This document shows, piece after piece, positions 53,800 to 64,000 of a DNA stretch of 64,000 bases (positions within the stretch are counted from its first letter, which is position 1; every line of letters begins with the position of its first letter). The translations under genes and the position numbers were made by a program. The notes below the pieces were generated by a model. It made no database searches. It was not told where the DNA came from and saw only the letters and a list, made by a program, of their open reading frames with translations. The stretch comes from Magallana gigas (lineage: Eukaryota). Location of the stretch: positions 2,480,001-2,544,000 of the forward strand of contig NC_088861.1 in the NCBI RefSeq assembly GCF_963853765.1, given 5' to 3'.

Positions 53800-55720
53800 T
53801 TGCACACACCGTTGCAGTTATGAGACCACATCTTTCAAAAAATAATGATTTAATGCTTAAACACACATGTACTTACATTGAAGCCCACATCAATTTTTAA
53901 ACATGTATTACCTTCCTGCAAATATGATTTATTTTTAAAAAGCTCTGTCTTATTCAATGAGCTATGCGAAATTAAAGGAAGAGCCATTGGAACAGCCAAA
54001 TTATGCTGACAAAAATAGTGCACAGCGTTTTAAATTCTAATAACACAATTTTATTTTTCTTGCTGTAATTTAACGAATTTACTCTTGGTATACTAAGAAA
54101 TTAATCTATTGAATTCATTTAACCGTCACAATATATTTACATAAATGAAATATTAATCAGTGTAAGTATAATATCAGGTCGTGATCCGGTTTGAAGTCGC
54201 GAGAAAAGCAGTTCATGTTCTTCGAGAAATAATGAAGGAATGCTGAATGTATTCATACGCACCAGATTTGGTGATTGGGGATTCTGTGTTATGCGTAAAT
54301 ATCACTCAAATCAACCAATGCAATTTAATAGAGGGAAGGAAAGTGAATGTAAATGAAGGGTTGTAACATCAGAGCTAATTCCATCGGGTTCAATGTAAGT
54401 GCATTCATTCAGGAGTGTAATTTGGGTTTCAATGTTAAGATTTATTAAGTTATTAACAGACTGTAAAGTATGAAACTCAGTGTAAGTACATTGTACACAT
54501 ATAAGTACATTTGCACTTTAGTAAAGACTATAGGGAGTGCAAGCCACTTTTCACAATACAGCTACTGAAACCAGTCAATCTGATGGGGTTTGAGAGAATT
54601 TTTATTCAGTCACAACCAGTGTTGATGCATTAACTTTTAATAGGGTTATTTCAGAATTATGTTCCCAGGACACTTTTTATGTATAGTATATTAAGGTCGG
54701 TAGCGGGTTTAAAATTTTGCACCCTCTGCGCAGGGTATTGCGCATTACTGTCGTAAAACGCAAATGTAAAGTAAAATGTTCAAATATACAGGTTATCATG
54801 TAACGCTTTTATGTCAAAAAATTATATTTAGTATAAAGAATCGTTAGAATAATGTCAGAAGTATTTTAATCATCTCGCCGCTTCTTCAAAATCGACGTTA
54901 TTGTCGTCGGAATCAATGTCTTACGATGACGTCGGTTGATACTCTGACGTAACAACTGACAAAAATAAACGTCGTGCACTTTCTATTGCAGCGTCAATAA
55001 TTAAAATCAAAACTATAATTTGCAAAATAAAAACATATACGCGATCCACGCGATCCTTCTACGTTCTGTGTGAGTGGAAAGGTATTTTTTTTCTGCTACA
55101 AAAAAATTGAATTTGATTCGTAAACATTCTTTTTTCTTTTTTTTTTTTATACATTTCTATATGTAAAATGGCTGGCACGGCACGTTAATAGGATCATACT
55201 ATGAGGGCGGATAGCATAAAAACCATCCGGTCATTTTCGTTTTAATTTGGCAAAAAATTTACTTATACGTTAACCTTTCATCGCTGAAAATTAAAAGAAA
55301 ATCGTATGTCTGTATATTTTTAAATATAAAATTGAAAATGAAAACCCTCATTTTCTTATATAATCCTATATAGAATGTCGGTGATGAATCGGACATACGA
55401 CCAAAATTTGAGCGCGGCAAACAGATAAACTATCCGGTCAATTTACTTTATATTTTGCACATAGTTTTCTCATAAGTTGACATTTCACTGCAAAACAAAT
55501 TAAGGAAATCGAAACATTCTCCCCCGAGACTCCTTAAAATCATATAGGTATGGTTGCTTATTTTGGTAAGACTATTGTTCTAATTGTATAGCTTGACCAA
55601 GTGAAGATGATGTTGGATGCCTCTGAGAGTCCTAGCCAGGCTTGGGAAAACGGCATTTACTTTGATGACCAGCAATACACATGTGATCGCGCTGACAATA
55701 ACTCCATATATGGAAAGTGT
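53620..55720 (+). pseudogene. PFN4: Partial second PFN4 copy (coding exons 1-2 only in window)
   Basis: Exon 53620-53736 differs from copy A at 2/117 nt. Exon 55592-55720 (LDQVKMMLDASESPSQAWENGIYFDDQQYTCDRADNNSIYGKC) is open with intact splice sites but diverged. Homology to copy A stops at ~55980, before exon 3. Confidence 0.8.
54695..55533. mobile_element. TTAA-flanked insertion with GG...CC ends (Kolobok- or Crypton-like, non-autonomous)
   Basis: TTAA at 54691-54694 and 55534-55537. The flanks rejoin to match the empty site in PFN4 copy A (~39525-39550). TIRs are poor. Confidence 0.7.
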
Positions 55721-56259
55721 GTAAGTATACATTTACTTGGTGCTGGTATGCATAAAGAGAATAATTAAAGTAAATAATTCCTTTACTCTAGCTATCTCAG
55801 ATGTGTGTGTTTCAGAATTAAATTTGGCTATCAATCTCCTGATTGCATATGAAGACCATGTATAAATACCTAATTATAAACAGTCACTGTTAAATCTGTA
55901 CCAGACGATGTATCACTTGTCTATATCTTGCAAACAAGCAGGATAATATTCTCTGTAGGATGCTAGATTTGCTAAATAGTCAAAAAGTGACTTGGTAAAG
56001 GATACCTAATTGATTTCTGACCTTTGCTGGCCACGCGAAGACCATCTTTTTTTTTTTAACCCTGCCCACTTTTAATAAAATCTAATTTATGTATATACTG
56101 CAGCTTCTTTGACAAAACAAGTGTGTTTATAAGTAAAATGTTTATACAGGTCATGCAGTATTGTGTTTATATACATATTCCTTAGAAGCAGTATGACAGT
56201 GTGTAAAAAATATTTACTACATATATTTGGAAGACATCTATAAAATATTCTGTATTTAA

Positions 56260-56522
56260 GGTGATATGGGACACCTGTCAATATCAATGTGTTTAAAAAT
56301 TCATTTTAATCTCAATACTTTTACCAGTTTTTATTTTTCAAATTTTAAAATATTTGACGAAAAAAAAATGAATTTAAACTCATGACTTACAGATGCATAG
56401 AAAACGCTCTAAGTTTCTGCACTACACTGTTGGGTAATAGTTTGAGAAAAGATAAAAATAATGAAATTATACATGATTTTATTGTTTATTTCATTAGCCT
56501 AATGGAGATAACTCATACCAAC
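56260..56522. mobile_element. Degenerate TTAA MITE related to 13551-13879 (second copy 57295-57557)
   Basis: TTAA|GGTGATATGGGACACCT; internal AACTCATGACTTACAGAT..CGCTCTAA..CTGCACTACACTGTTGGG is shared with the 13.6-kb copy. Confidence 0.7.
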
Positions 56523-56562
56523 TTAAATTTAATTTCTAAGAGAACAAGTTCTTTTTTTTATA

Positions 56563-56607
<45 letters not shown>

Positions 56608-56985
56608 ATTTTGTCCGTCGTCCATCCGTCCGTCTGTAAACTTTTCCATTTTGCATGGACTTCTTCTCTAAAACCACCTGGCAAATTTCAACCAAATTTG
56701 GCACAAAGCATCCTTATGGTAAGACAAATATAAACTGCAGTAATAAAAAAACAATCTTTATCCAAAGCGAAGAAAACCTCGAAACTGTAGAAAAAGGGGG
56801 CGCATTTTAAAAAATCTTCTTCTCATGCAAGAAGTACTGAGTCAAATTCAACGTAATTTAGCCTAAATGATTCTTATTGTAGGGAAAATATAAATTGCAA
56901 AAATCATGGGCTAATTCTGTTTTAAATTTAAGTTATTCACGAAAATAATAAAGAAAGAATGGGGGTTGATCAGTTTATAACTTCG
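56563..56985 (+). mobile_element. HINE/Helentron-like non-autonomous repeat (second copy ~57598-58020)
   Basis: TTTAGCTCACCTGAGCTGAAAGCTCAAGTGAGC hairpin start followed by a GTCC microsatellite; the 3' limit is approximate. Confidence 0.65.
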
Positions 56986-57597
56986 GGTTCGGTATTTCGC
57001 ATATGGAAAACCAGGTTTTGTTTGGAGCAGCCATGTTTCACGCATTAAAATTGGTCAAACTGACCAAGATCAATTTGCTTGTTGTGCAATAGTTTACAAG
57101 CGAAGGGAATATTTGAAAATTGCAAAATATATTTGTAGATTGAGAATTCATATTTCAGTGCGTTGACATGTTCACTTGTGACGACGGTTTTAGCTTGTTT
57201 TGATTTTAGTTTCATTTTCGTTGATTATGTCTTTGAACTTAAGGGGAACTGTCGCATGCATTTTGGAATATTTATGAATCAAATCAAACATATAGGTGAT
57301 ATGGGACACCTGTCAATATCAATGTGTTTAAAAATTCATTTTAATCTCAATACTTTTACCAGTTTTTATTTTTCAAATTTTAAAATATTTGACGAAAAAA
57401 AAATGAATTTAAACTCATGACTTACAGATGCATAGAAAACGCTCTAAGTTTCTGCACTACACTGTTGGGTAATAGTTTGAGAAAAGATAAAAATAATGAA
57501 ATTATACATGATTTTATTGTTTATTTCATTAGCCTAATGGAGATAACTCATACCAACTTAAATTTAATTTCTAAGAGAACAAGTTCTTTTTTTTATA

Positions 57598-57642
<45 letters not shown>

Positions 57643-59989
57643 ATTTTGTCCGTCGTCCATCCGTCCGTCTGTAAACTTTTCCATTTTGCATGGACTTCTT
57701 CTCTAAAACCACCTGGCAAATTTCAACCAAATTTGGCACAAAGCATCCTTATGGTAAGACAAATATAAACTCGATAATAAAAAAACAATCTTTATCCAAA
57801 GCGAAGAAAACCTCGAAACTGTAGAAAAAGGGGGCGCATTTTAAAAAATCTTCTTCTCATGCAAGAAGTACTGAGTCAAATTCAACGTAATTTAGCCTAA
57901 ATGATTCTTATTGTAGGGAAAATATAAATTGCAAAAATCATGGGCTAATTCTGTTTTAAATTTAAGTTATTCACGAAAATAATAAAGAAAGAATGGGGGT
58001 TGATCAGTTTATAACTTCGGGTTCGGTATTTCGCATATGGAAAACCAGGTTTTGTTTGGAGCAGCCATGTTTCACGCATTAAAATTGGTCAAACTGACCA
58101 AGATAAATTTGCTTGTTGTGCAATAGTTTACAAGCGAAGGGAATATTTGAAAATTGCAAAATATATTTGTAGATTGAGAATTCATATTTCAGTGCGTTGA
58201 CATGTTCACTTGTGACGACGGTTTTAGCTTGTTTTGATTTTAGTTTCATTTTCGTTGATTATGTCTTTGAACTTAAGGGGAACTGTCGCATGCATTTTGG
58301 AATATTTATGAATCAAATCAAACATATAGACTTCGGTAAATCAGACAGCTGATTGTTTACCTGCGCAAAATGAGCAAAATCTGATGCACTAACAACATAA
58401 AATGAAATAAAATTCATTTGTACTTTTCATTTTATTCGTAATTCCGTACAATCGTAATGGTTGAATAATGCAACATGATTTGTTAAGATGCTAAGCATTT
58501 TCAGTCTAAACGGAGATTATTTTCGCTGCTAGAGATATATACCTGTAGGTATATTTATGATGAAAAATAAATTATGCTCTTTCTATGTTTTCAGTGCCTT
58601 TTTAATTTTTTTAATTGTTTACAATTTTCTATAATTTACTGGCCTATCTAAGAGTCATGTTATGAGTTATAAGCAAGATACAGAACTTTGTGCACAATGC
58701 TATGTTTGCACAAAGAGCTTTGATCATGCTTTAATTTCTTTATAATATAAATGCTGAATAGAAAATACCAAGTTTAAAAATCTTCAATTGAATGTAATAC
58801 ATTCATGTAAACAAAAACATGACTCAAAACAAGGTCTGTATCTTCCAAATAATTCTACGATTGACGCTGAAATTTTGGTTAATCTTTAGAAATGTCTTGT
58901 TAAAAGGATGATATGCAGTAACTACTTTTTGGTGCCCCTTCTTCAACGATGAATTATAGGTATATATTATCTACACCAATTTTGATAGTTTTTTAAATAC
59001 AAGTAAATAAAAACGGAGTCTTTTAAACAGTTGCCATACTTCTGACACATTATTATGAGGGGAAAAGCATTATCGTTCTTAAAGAATTTTGCAGTGGAAA
59101 AGCATCTTTGTCTGTAGCCATTTATTCTTTTTTAATGAAGATGAAAATAATGGATGGGCCTTAGTATGGGCCTAAGTGCAATAGAGCTATATGCCTGTCA
59201 ATACATTGATTAGAACTATCATGCTACAACATTATTCAGTTTTATAGTTTATTCATCAGTCAAGTGAGTAAGGTTCTGAAACGTCATGTGTAATGAATTC
59301 TCGCCAGGTAAACGATAATCATTTATAATTGAGAAAACCAATTAAATTTTTGAATGTTTTTGATTCGAGAATTGAGCGCATTGAGGTACAATTTTCTTCT
59401 TTCACATAATTATATAATTATAGGAAAGCTGTCGTGGGGGGGGGGGGGGTGTAAAAAAAAAAGTACTGGAGGTTAACTGTGAACCCTACAAAAAATTTAG
59501 TTAAATATCTTGCATAGGATCTTATTTTTGGTAAAAATGGTATTTCATAAGGCTGCAATGTGAAAGATTATGTGTATACAAAAATAAGTGTAAAATTTGG
59601 ATACTTTATAGTTTTTTTTTTCCTACCAAAGGGCCATATTGCACAATATAGAAAAAAGTCACGTGACCAGTCATGGCGCAGTAGGTGGTTTTCGGAGGCT
59701 CTGACTTTTTTGCCCAAAATGTACACTTCAAAAGACTGGAGCTTGAAATTCTCGCAGCGTAAATAGATATTTTGTATGCATTATGCTCAAGCGCCTGCAT
59801 TTAACTATTATCTGTTGAAATAGTAAAGATAAACAATATATAGGGACAAGGCAGATAGACAGTATAGTGGTATGAACTCTTTTCACTATTCAAAACAATC
59901 AACGTCACTAGTGTTACTAGTGTATCCCTGTCTTAATTTGTCTGTGTTGTCCTGTGTTTGAATCGTGGTAGTCCTTGAGTAATAAATGT

Positions 59990-62204
59990 TTACTCTCTGA
60001 CAATATTCAACAACGAAAAATTCAGCGCGCCTGTTTCCGTTAAAATTCGGAATCACCACATCCAATATCCAGTTATCTAGTTAATGAACATGGGTGGACA
60101 TAATCAAAACAAACCCCACTCGTCATCACGAGACCAATCAAGGTCCCAAACAATGTCCCAATCAAACAAACGTCAGAGGCCAAACTCTGATACAGATTCC
60201 TCGCAAAACTTGACTCAGGACCCTGTCAGACCTAAGTTCCTTAATTATTAGAAAACCTGTCAAATGACGAGGAACCCCTACGCGATCCACATCAAAAACC
60301 TCCAAAAAAGGATATCCATGCATTGACACTAATTTGTTTGTTCATTTTCTAACAAATTCTCAAAAACAATCTTTGAAATTAAGTGGACCAGCCGGTTAGC
60401 TATTGAATCTTAAACTGCCTGCTTCGGGAGCATAACATTGCTGATCCTCTCCTCAGTAGGCGGGGTTTATCATGCAGACGCTGGGCTGAACTCAGTGAAG
60501 GTCACTCAGTGGAAAATTTTCGCTTTATATATTTATCACTGTTGCTTTTATATATCACAGTACTGTTTATATATACACGACCTAGCTTTATATATATACA
60601 CACAATTCTTTATATATATTGGCAATTCCTTTATATATAAAGCTGCTTATTTTTATATATTTGAGTTTATCTGATATATATGTGTGTGTTTTTACATATA
60701 CATTTGTACAATGAGTTTTTCTTATATAGACTTTTCTTTTTATATATATTATGTGGCACTAACTGGCTTCTGTAGAAATCCACTAAAATTACCTTCGATC
60801 GATGCTCGATTAGCAATTCAAATCGTTTGGGACCTCCATAAGGTTCAAAGTCTCGACCTAGGGACATCATTGTGCGCTTCACAAGATATCGAGACCGTGA
60901 CGCTGTTTTCAAGAATAAGAAGAACTTAAAGAGCTTCAACACAAACCCGACGAACAATTACAAAATATTCGTCAACGAGGCTCTAACAATACGCAGGGCC
61001 CTGCTGTTTAAGAAGGCCCGTGCAGCTGTCAAAACAGGCCATGCGTCTTCCTCTGGACTAATGACGGGAAAATAATTGTTAAACTTAAAAATGACGAGAA
61101 AATCACCATTCGTTCCGAAGAAGATGTAAATAAAATTTCGGCAACAGGTGAATCCCGCCATCCAAGCTATGCAGCCGCTGCCGCTTGCAACGCCGACTAT
61201 TGCGCGCTTTGTTTTCGGACAAACTTTGTCAATATCAAACAATTATTATTATGTCTCCCTTCCTATGTCAACCAAACCAAGTTCAGAGCCAATCAGTTTG
61301 CTTGGTTTTTTTTAAATATAAAAATTGTACAGCATTCAATCATGTTTTTCTTAGATGTTCATACAATGTCAAACACGTGTGCTTTTGTATTTGTTGTGTA
61401 TCACATGTGTGCCTACCTCTTTACTTTTTCATTTTTTAAGAGGTACATGTACGTGTTTACACAAAATACGTCTCTCTTGTACATACCTATTTACTTGTAT
61501 ATGCTCAATATATTTCATGTGATCTCTATTATCTCTTGTTCATTTAATACTTTTTTCATTGCTTTTGGTACTGATGTCCTACTTTCACTTGTTTTGAGGA
61601 CAAGCAATACCTTTCACCCACATTGCAACACTTGTAAAATATTATTTGATCTGTTTTTGTGTTATTCCATACTCTCAATGTTTTTCATTATTTTGCACTT
61701 TTTTGCTTATTCCAGTTATATTCATAACGGCAACTGTCAACAGTTTTTGGTTTATTTGGAATTAGTTCAAGAATATTATATACATGTTTTTCGCAAATTT
61801 CCTTGTTGCGGCAATAAAGTCATTAATGAATCAAAGACACTAGATTATGGGTAACAGCATTAAGCAATATCGAGCCGCAATAGGTAATTTTTACTCTGCA
61901 TGTAGGCAGCTTATTCGTTCAGAAATTTTCGTTATTTTCAAATTATAGCATATTTTGTCGTTTATTAATATGTTGATGAGAATGTGTGATTTTAGTAGCT
62001 TTCATAGAGTTTATGGTATCGTTCCATACATAATTTTTTCCATGTACTTTTTTGCTTTAGTTCTAATACTATATCGGGTGATATTGAAACCAATCCCGGC
62101 CCTTTTTATGAAAGTGTAGTTGAAATTATTCATTTAAACGTTCGAAGTATTAGAAACAAGATAGATTCCCTTAACGCCATAGTTGGTGATTTCGATATTG
62201 CGTG
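59990..62204 (+). mobile_element. Decayed APE-type LINE (CR1/L2-like): ORF1 remnant and start of ORF2
   Basis: ORF1 RRM-type NRLGPP*GSKSRPRDIIVRFTRYRDRD..FVNEALT at ~60790-61080; ORF2 start SGDIETNPGP..IIHLNVRSIRNK..FDIAC at 62074-62204, cut by an LTR insertion. Confidence 0.85.
62074..62103 (+). other. 2A-like ribosome-skipping peptide motif SGDIETNPGP
   Basis: TCG GGT GAT ATT GAA ACC AAT CCC GGC CCT matches D(V/I)ExNPGP, directly upstream of the APE endonuclease start. Confidence 0.85.
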
Positions 62205-62788
62205 TGTCACGGTGTGACATTCAATCTTTCGGACTATTTTTAATTATTGTGTAAATTAACTTTTTCGGACTTTGTGTAAATTGCTACAAAAACTTTTCAT
62301 CTATTTCGACAACTGTTTTATAAACGTTATAAATTCCGCGCAGCATTGATCCCACCTGAGGCACAATCAGTGATGGACAGCTAATCTTTTAATTGACTTC
62401 TGTTTATGTTTATTGACACTTAAGCTTCTTTCATCTTATTAATCCTTTTATGTACATGCTGCTAAAATGTCCCGAGTTACTCAATAGCTGTTTGATAATT
62501 GATTTACTTACATCTGTACTTATTATGTTAATCCTTCATTGTATTGTTCCATTGTTCATTATATATTATTCTGAATTGTAAAATATGGTCAGTTGGAATC
62601 AGACCTTCGGTGCTGATGCATACCAAACTCACGTAAAAGTATATTTCATGTAAAATCTATATTAAAGTCTGAAAACTAAAACGCGTGTTGGCTTGTTGGA
62701 GGTTTTATGAGGCTGGGTCCAACAACAAGAGTATAAACTCACGGTTGGCCCAATATTAGTCCTGTACGGGAGAGAACGCCCCGTAATA
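62205..62788 (+). repeat. 5' LTR (584 bp)
   Basis: TGTCACGG...CCGTAATA imperfect inverted ends; the first 197 bp match 63804-64000 with 1 mismatch. Confidence 0.88.
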
Positions 62789-62790
62789 TT

Positions 62791-62807
62791 TGGTGGAGAA
62801 TCCGGGT
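62791..62807 (+). other. Primer-binding site, tRNA-Ala type
   Basis: TGGTGGAGAATCCGGGT versus the tRNA-Ala 3' complement TGGTGGAGAATGCGGGC (15/17, recalled sequence). Confidence 0.7.
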
Positions 62808-62931
62808 AACGACACCCGGGACTGCTACATATATTTTGTAGTAGTCAGATCCTGGACCTCTACAACAGTTTAGCGAGTTTCCCTAGATTCAGAGTCTACA
62901 GATGAAGAAGACGATTTAAACTAGATTCAAC

Positions 62932-63756
62932 ATGGAATATTCTTTCCGACCGCAGTGGAGACAGAAGAAGTTCAGCTTCCCCTCATGTCAGCGTCCCGTG
63001 TGCGGAAGGTGCGGAAACGTGCATCCCAACGTTTTATGTTTCGCGTTCAACCAGAAGTGTTACCGATGTCACAGAATTGGACATTATTCCAGAATGTGTT
63101 TTACACAGATGAAGAAACCAACAAAATGTGTTGAAAAGGAAGCAGTTTTGGGTCGTAAAAAGACGCGAGACATGAAACGACTGTGCAAATATCTTGAAAA
63201 CAAACGTACTTTGAGAGAATTGCCGTTTAATTCAATTCGTAACAATCAATTTCATTCTTTGTTTGATACCTCAAGTATTCTACGAACTGAGCTTCACAAC
63301 ATTAAGATTCAGCTACGCAAGTCCGATCAACTTACGAAGAGTATGGCTGAAAATCTACAAAGTGCTAAGTCTGAGAATGCAAGACTTCAAAGTGAAAATA
63401 CGGATTTGAGAACAAAGCTCCAAGAAAACTCGAAACGTTCTGACATTGATATGTATGTGAAGAAAATTCAAAAATTAGAAGCAGAGGCACACGGTGATAA
63501 AGTACTCATGGATTTAATGCAGAGGAAACTAAAAGATATCGGGAGTGAACATTCTCAATATGTAATGAAAATTCAAACAGAGGCTGATGATACAATCAAA
63601 CAGCTGAGGGAACAAAACAACGCCCTGCTGCAGACCATTTGGGTATTGGAATGTGATAACGAACATCTAGAAGCCGTGTTGCATGATAAACAACTTGACC
63701 GCCGATTTCAACAACACAGGCAGCAAAGAAGACAACAACGCGGCTACCGTCGATGA
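62932..63756 (+). CDS. 274-aa zinc-knuckle (nucleocapsid-like) and coiled-coil protein
   Basis: Intact ATG-TGA ORF. CGRCGNVHPNVLC and CYRCHRIGHYSRMC near the N-terminus, an L/E/K/Q heptad-rich region from ~aa115 to 250, and an R/Q-rich tail. Confidence 0.85.
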   Translation: MEYSFRPQWRQKKFSFPSCQRPVCGRCGNVHPNVLCFAFNQKCYRCHRIGHYSRMCFTQMKKPTKCVEKEAVLGRKKTRDMKRLCKYLENKRTLRELPFNSIRNNQFHSLFDTSSILRTELHNIKIQLRKSDQLTKSMAENLQSAKSENARLQSENTDLRTKLQENSKRSDIDMYVKKIQKLEAEAHGDKVLMDLMQRKLKDIGSEHSQYVMKIQTEADDTIKQLREQNNALLQTIWVLECDNEHLEAVLHDKQLDRRFQQHRQQRRQQRGYRR

Positions 63757-63803
63757 TAAAAATTCAAAACACGAGGACGTGTTTTACGCGGACGCGAAGC
63801 ATG

Positions 63804-64000
63804 TGTCACGGTGTGACATTCAATCTTTCGGACTATTTTTAATTATTGTGTAAATTAACTTTTTCGGACTTTGTGTAAATTGCTACAAAAACTTTTCATC
63901 TATTTCGACAACTGTTTTATAAACGTTATAAATTCCGCGCAGCATTAATCCCACCTGAGGCACAATCAGTGATGGACAGCTAATCTTTTAATTGACTTCT
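63804..64000 (+). repeat. 3' LTR (truncated by the window end)
   Basis: Identical to 62205-62401 except for one substitution (TTGATCC/TTAATCC). Confidence 0.92.

Larger units (their letters stand above)
56259..58329 (+). repeat. Near-identical tandem duplication, 1035-bp unit
   Basis: 56259-57293 repeats at 57294-58327. Only CTGCAGT/CTCGAT and GATCAAT/GATAAAT differences were seen; 2-bp AG junction microhomology. Confidence 0.95.
62205..64000 (+). mobile_element. Young pol-less mini LTR retroelement (runs off the window end)
   Basis: 5' LTR, PBS, single ORF, then a 3' LTR beginning at 63804; the internal region is only ~1015 bp. Confidence 0.92.

Noticed and set aside
61342-61854. 170-aa hydrophobic ORF
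   Set aside because: T-rich low-complexity LINE spacer giving Phe/Leu/Ile-rich translation, a non-ATG start and no domain.

Overview
AT-rich, intron-containing animal genomic DNA. The repeat families look like those of a bivalve mollusc, probably an oyster (inference). Three host genes can be assembled by hand from GT-AG exons: the 3' part of TMEM135 (+, 9815-12286), a FAM228-family gene (-, 15584-26057), and a complete profilin-4-like gene (+, 38285-40282) that is head-to-head with FAM228. A second, partial and mosaic PFN4 copy lies at 53620-55720. The right half is transposon-dense. It holds a Mutator-like element with a 9-bp TSD, a degenerate 3'-truncated Gypsy element joined to an intron-containing SWIM-YqaJ-PHD gene remnant, TTAA- and TA-flanked MITEs, HINE-like repeats, a near-perfect 1035-bp tandem duplication, and a decayed LINE with a 2A-like peptide. 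A young ~2.2-kb pol-less LTR element with one intact zinc-knuckle/coiled-coil ORF is inserted into that LINE. All alignments and counts were done by eye; no database searches were run.
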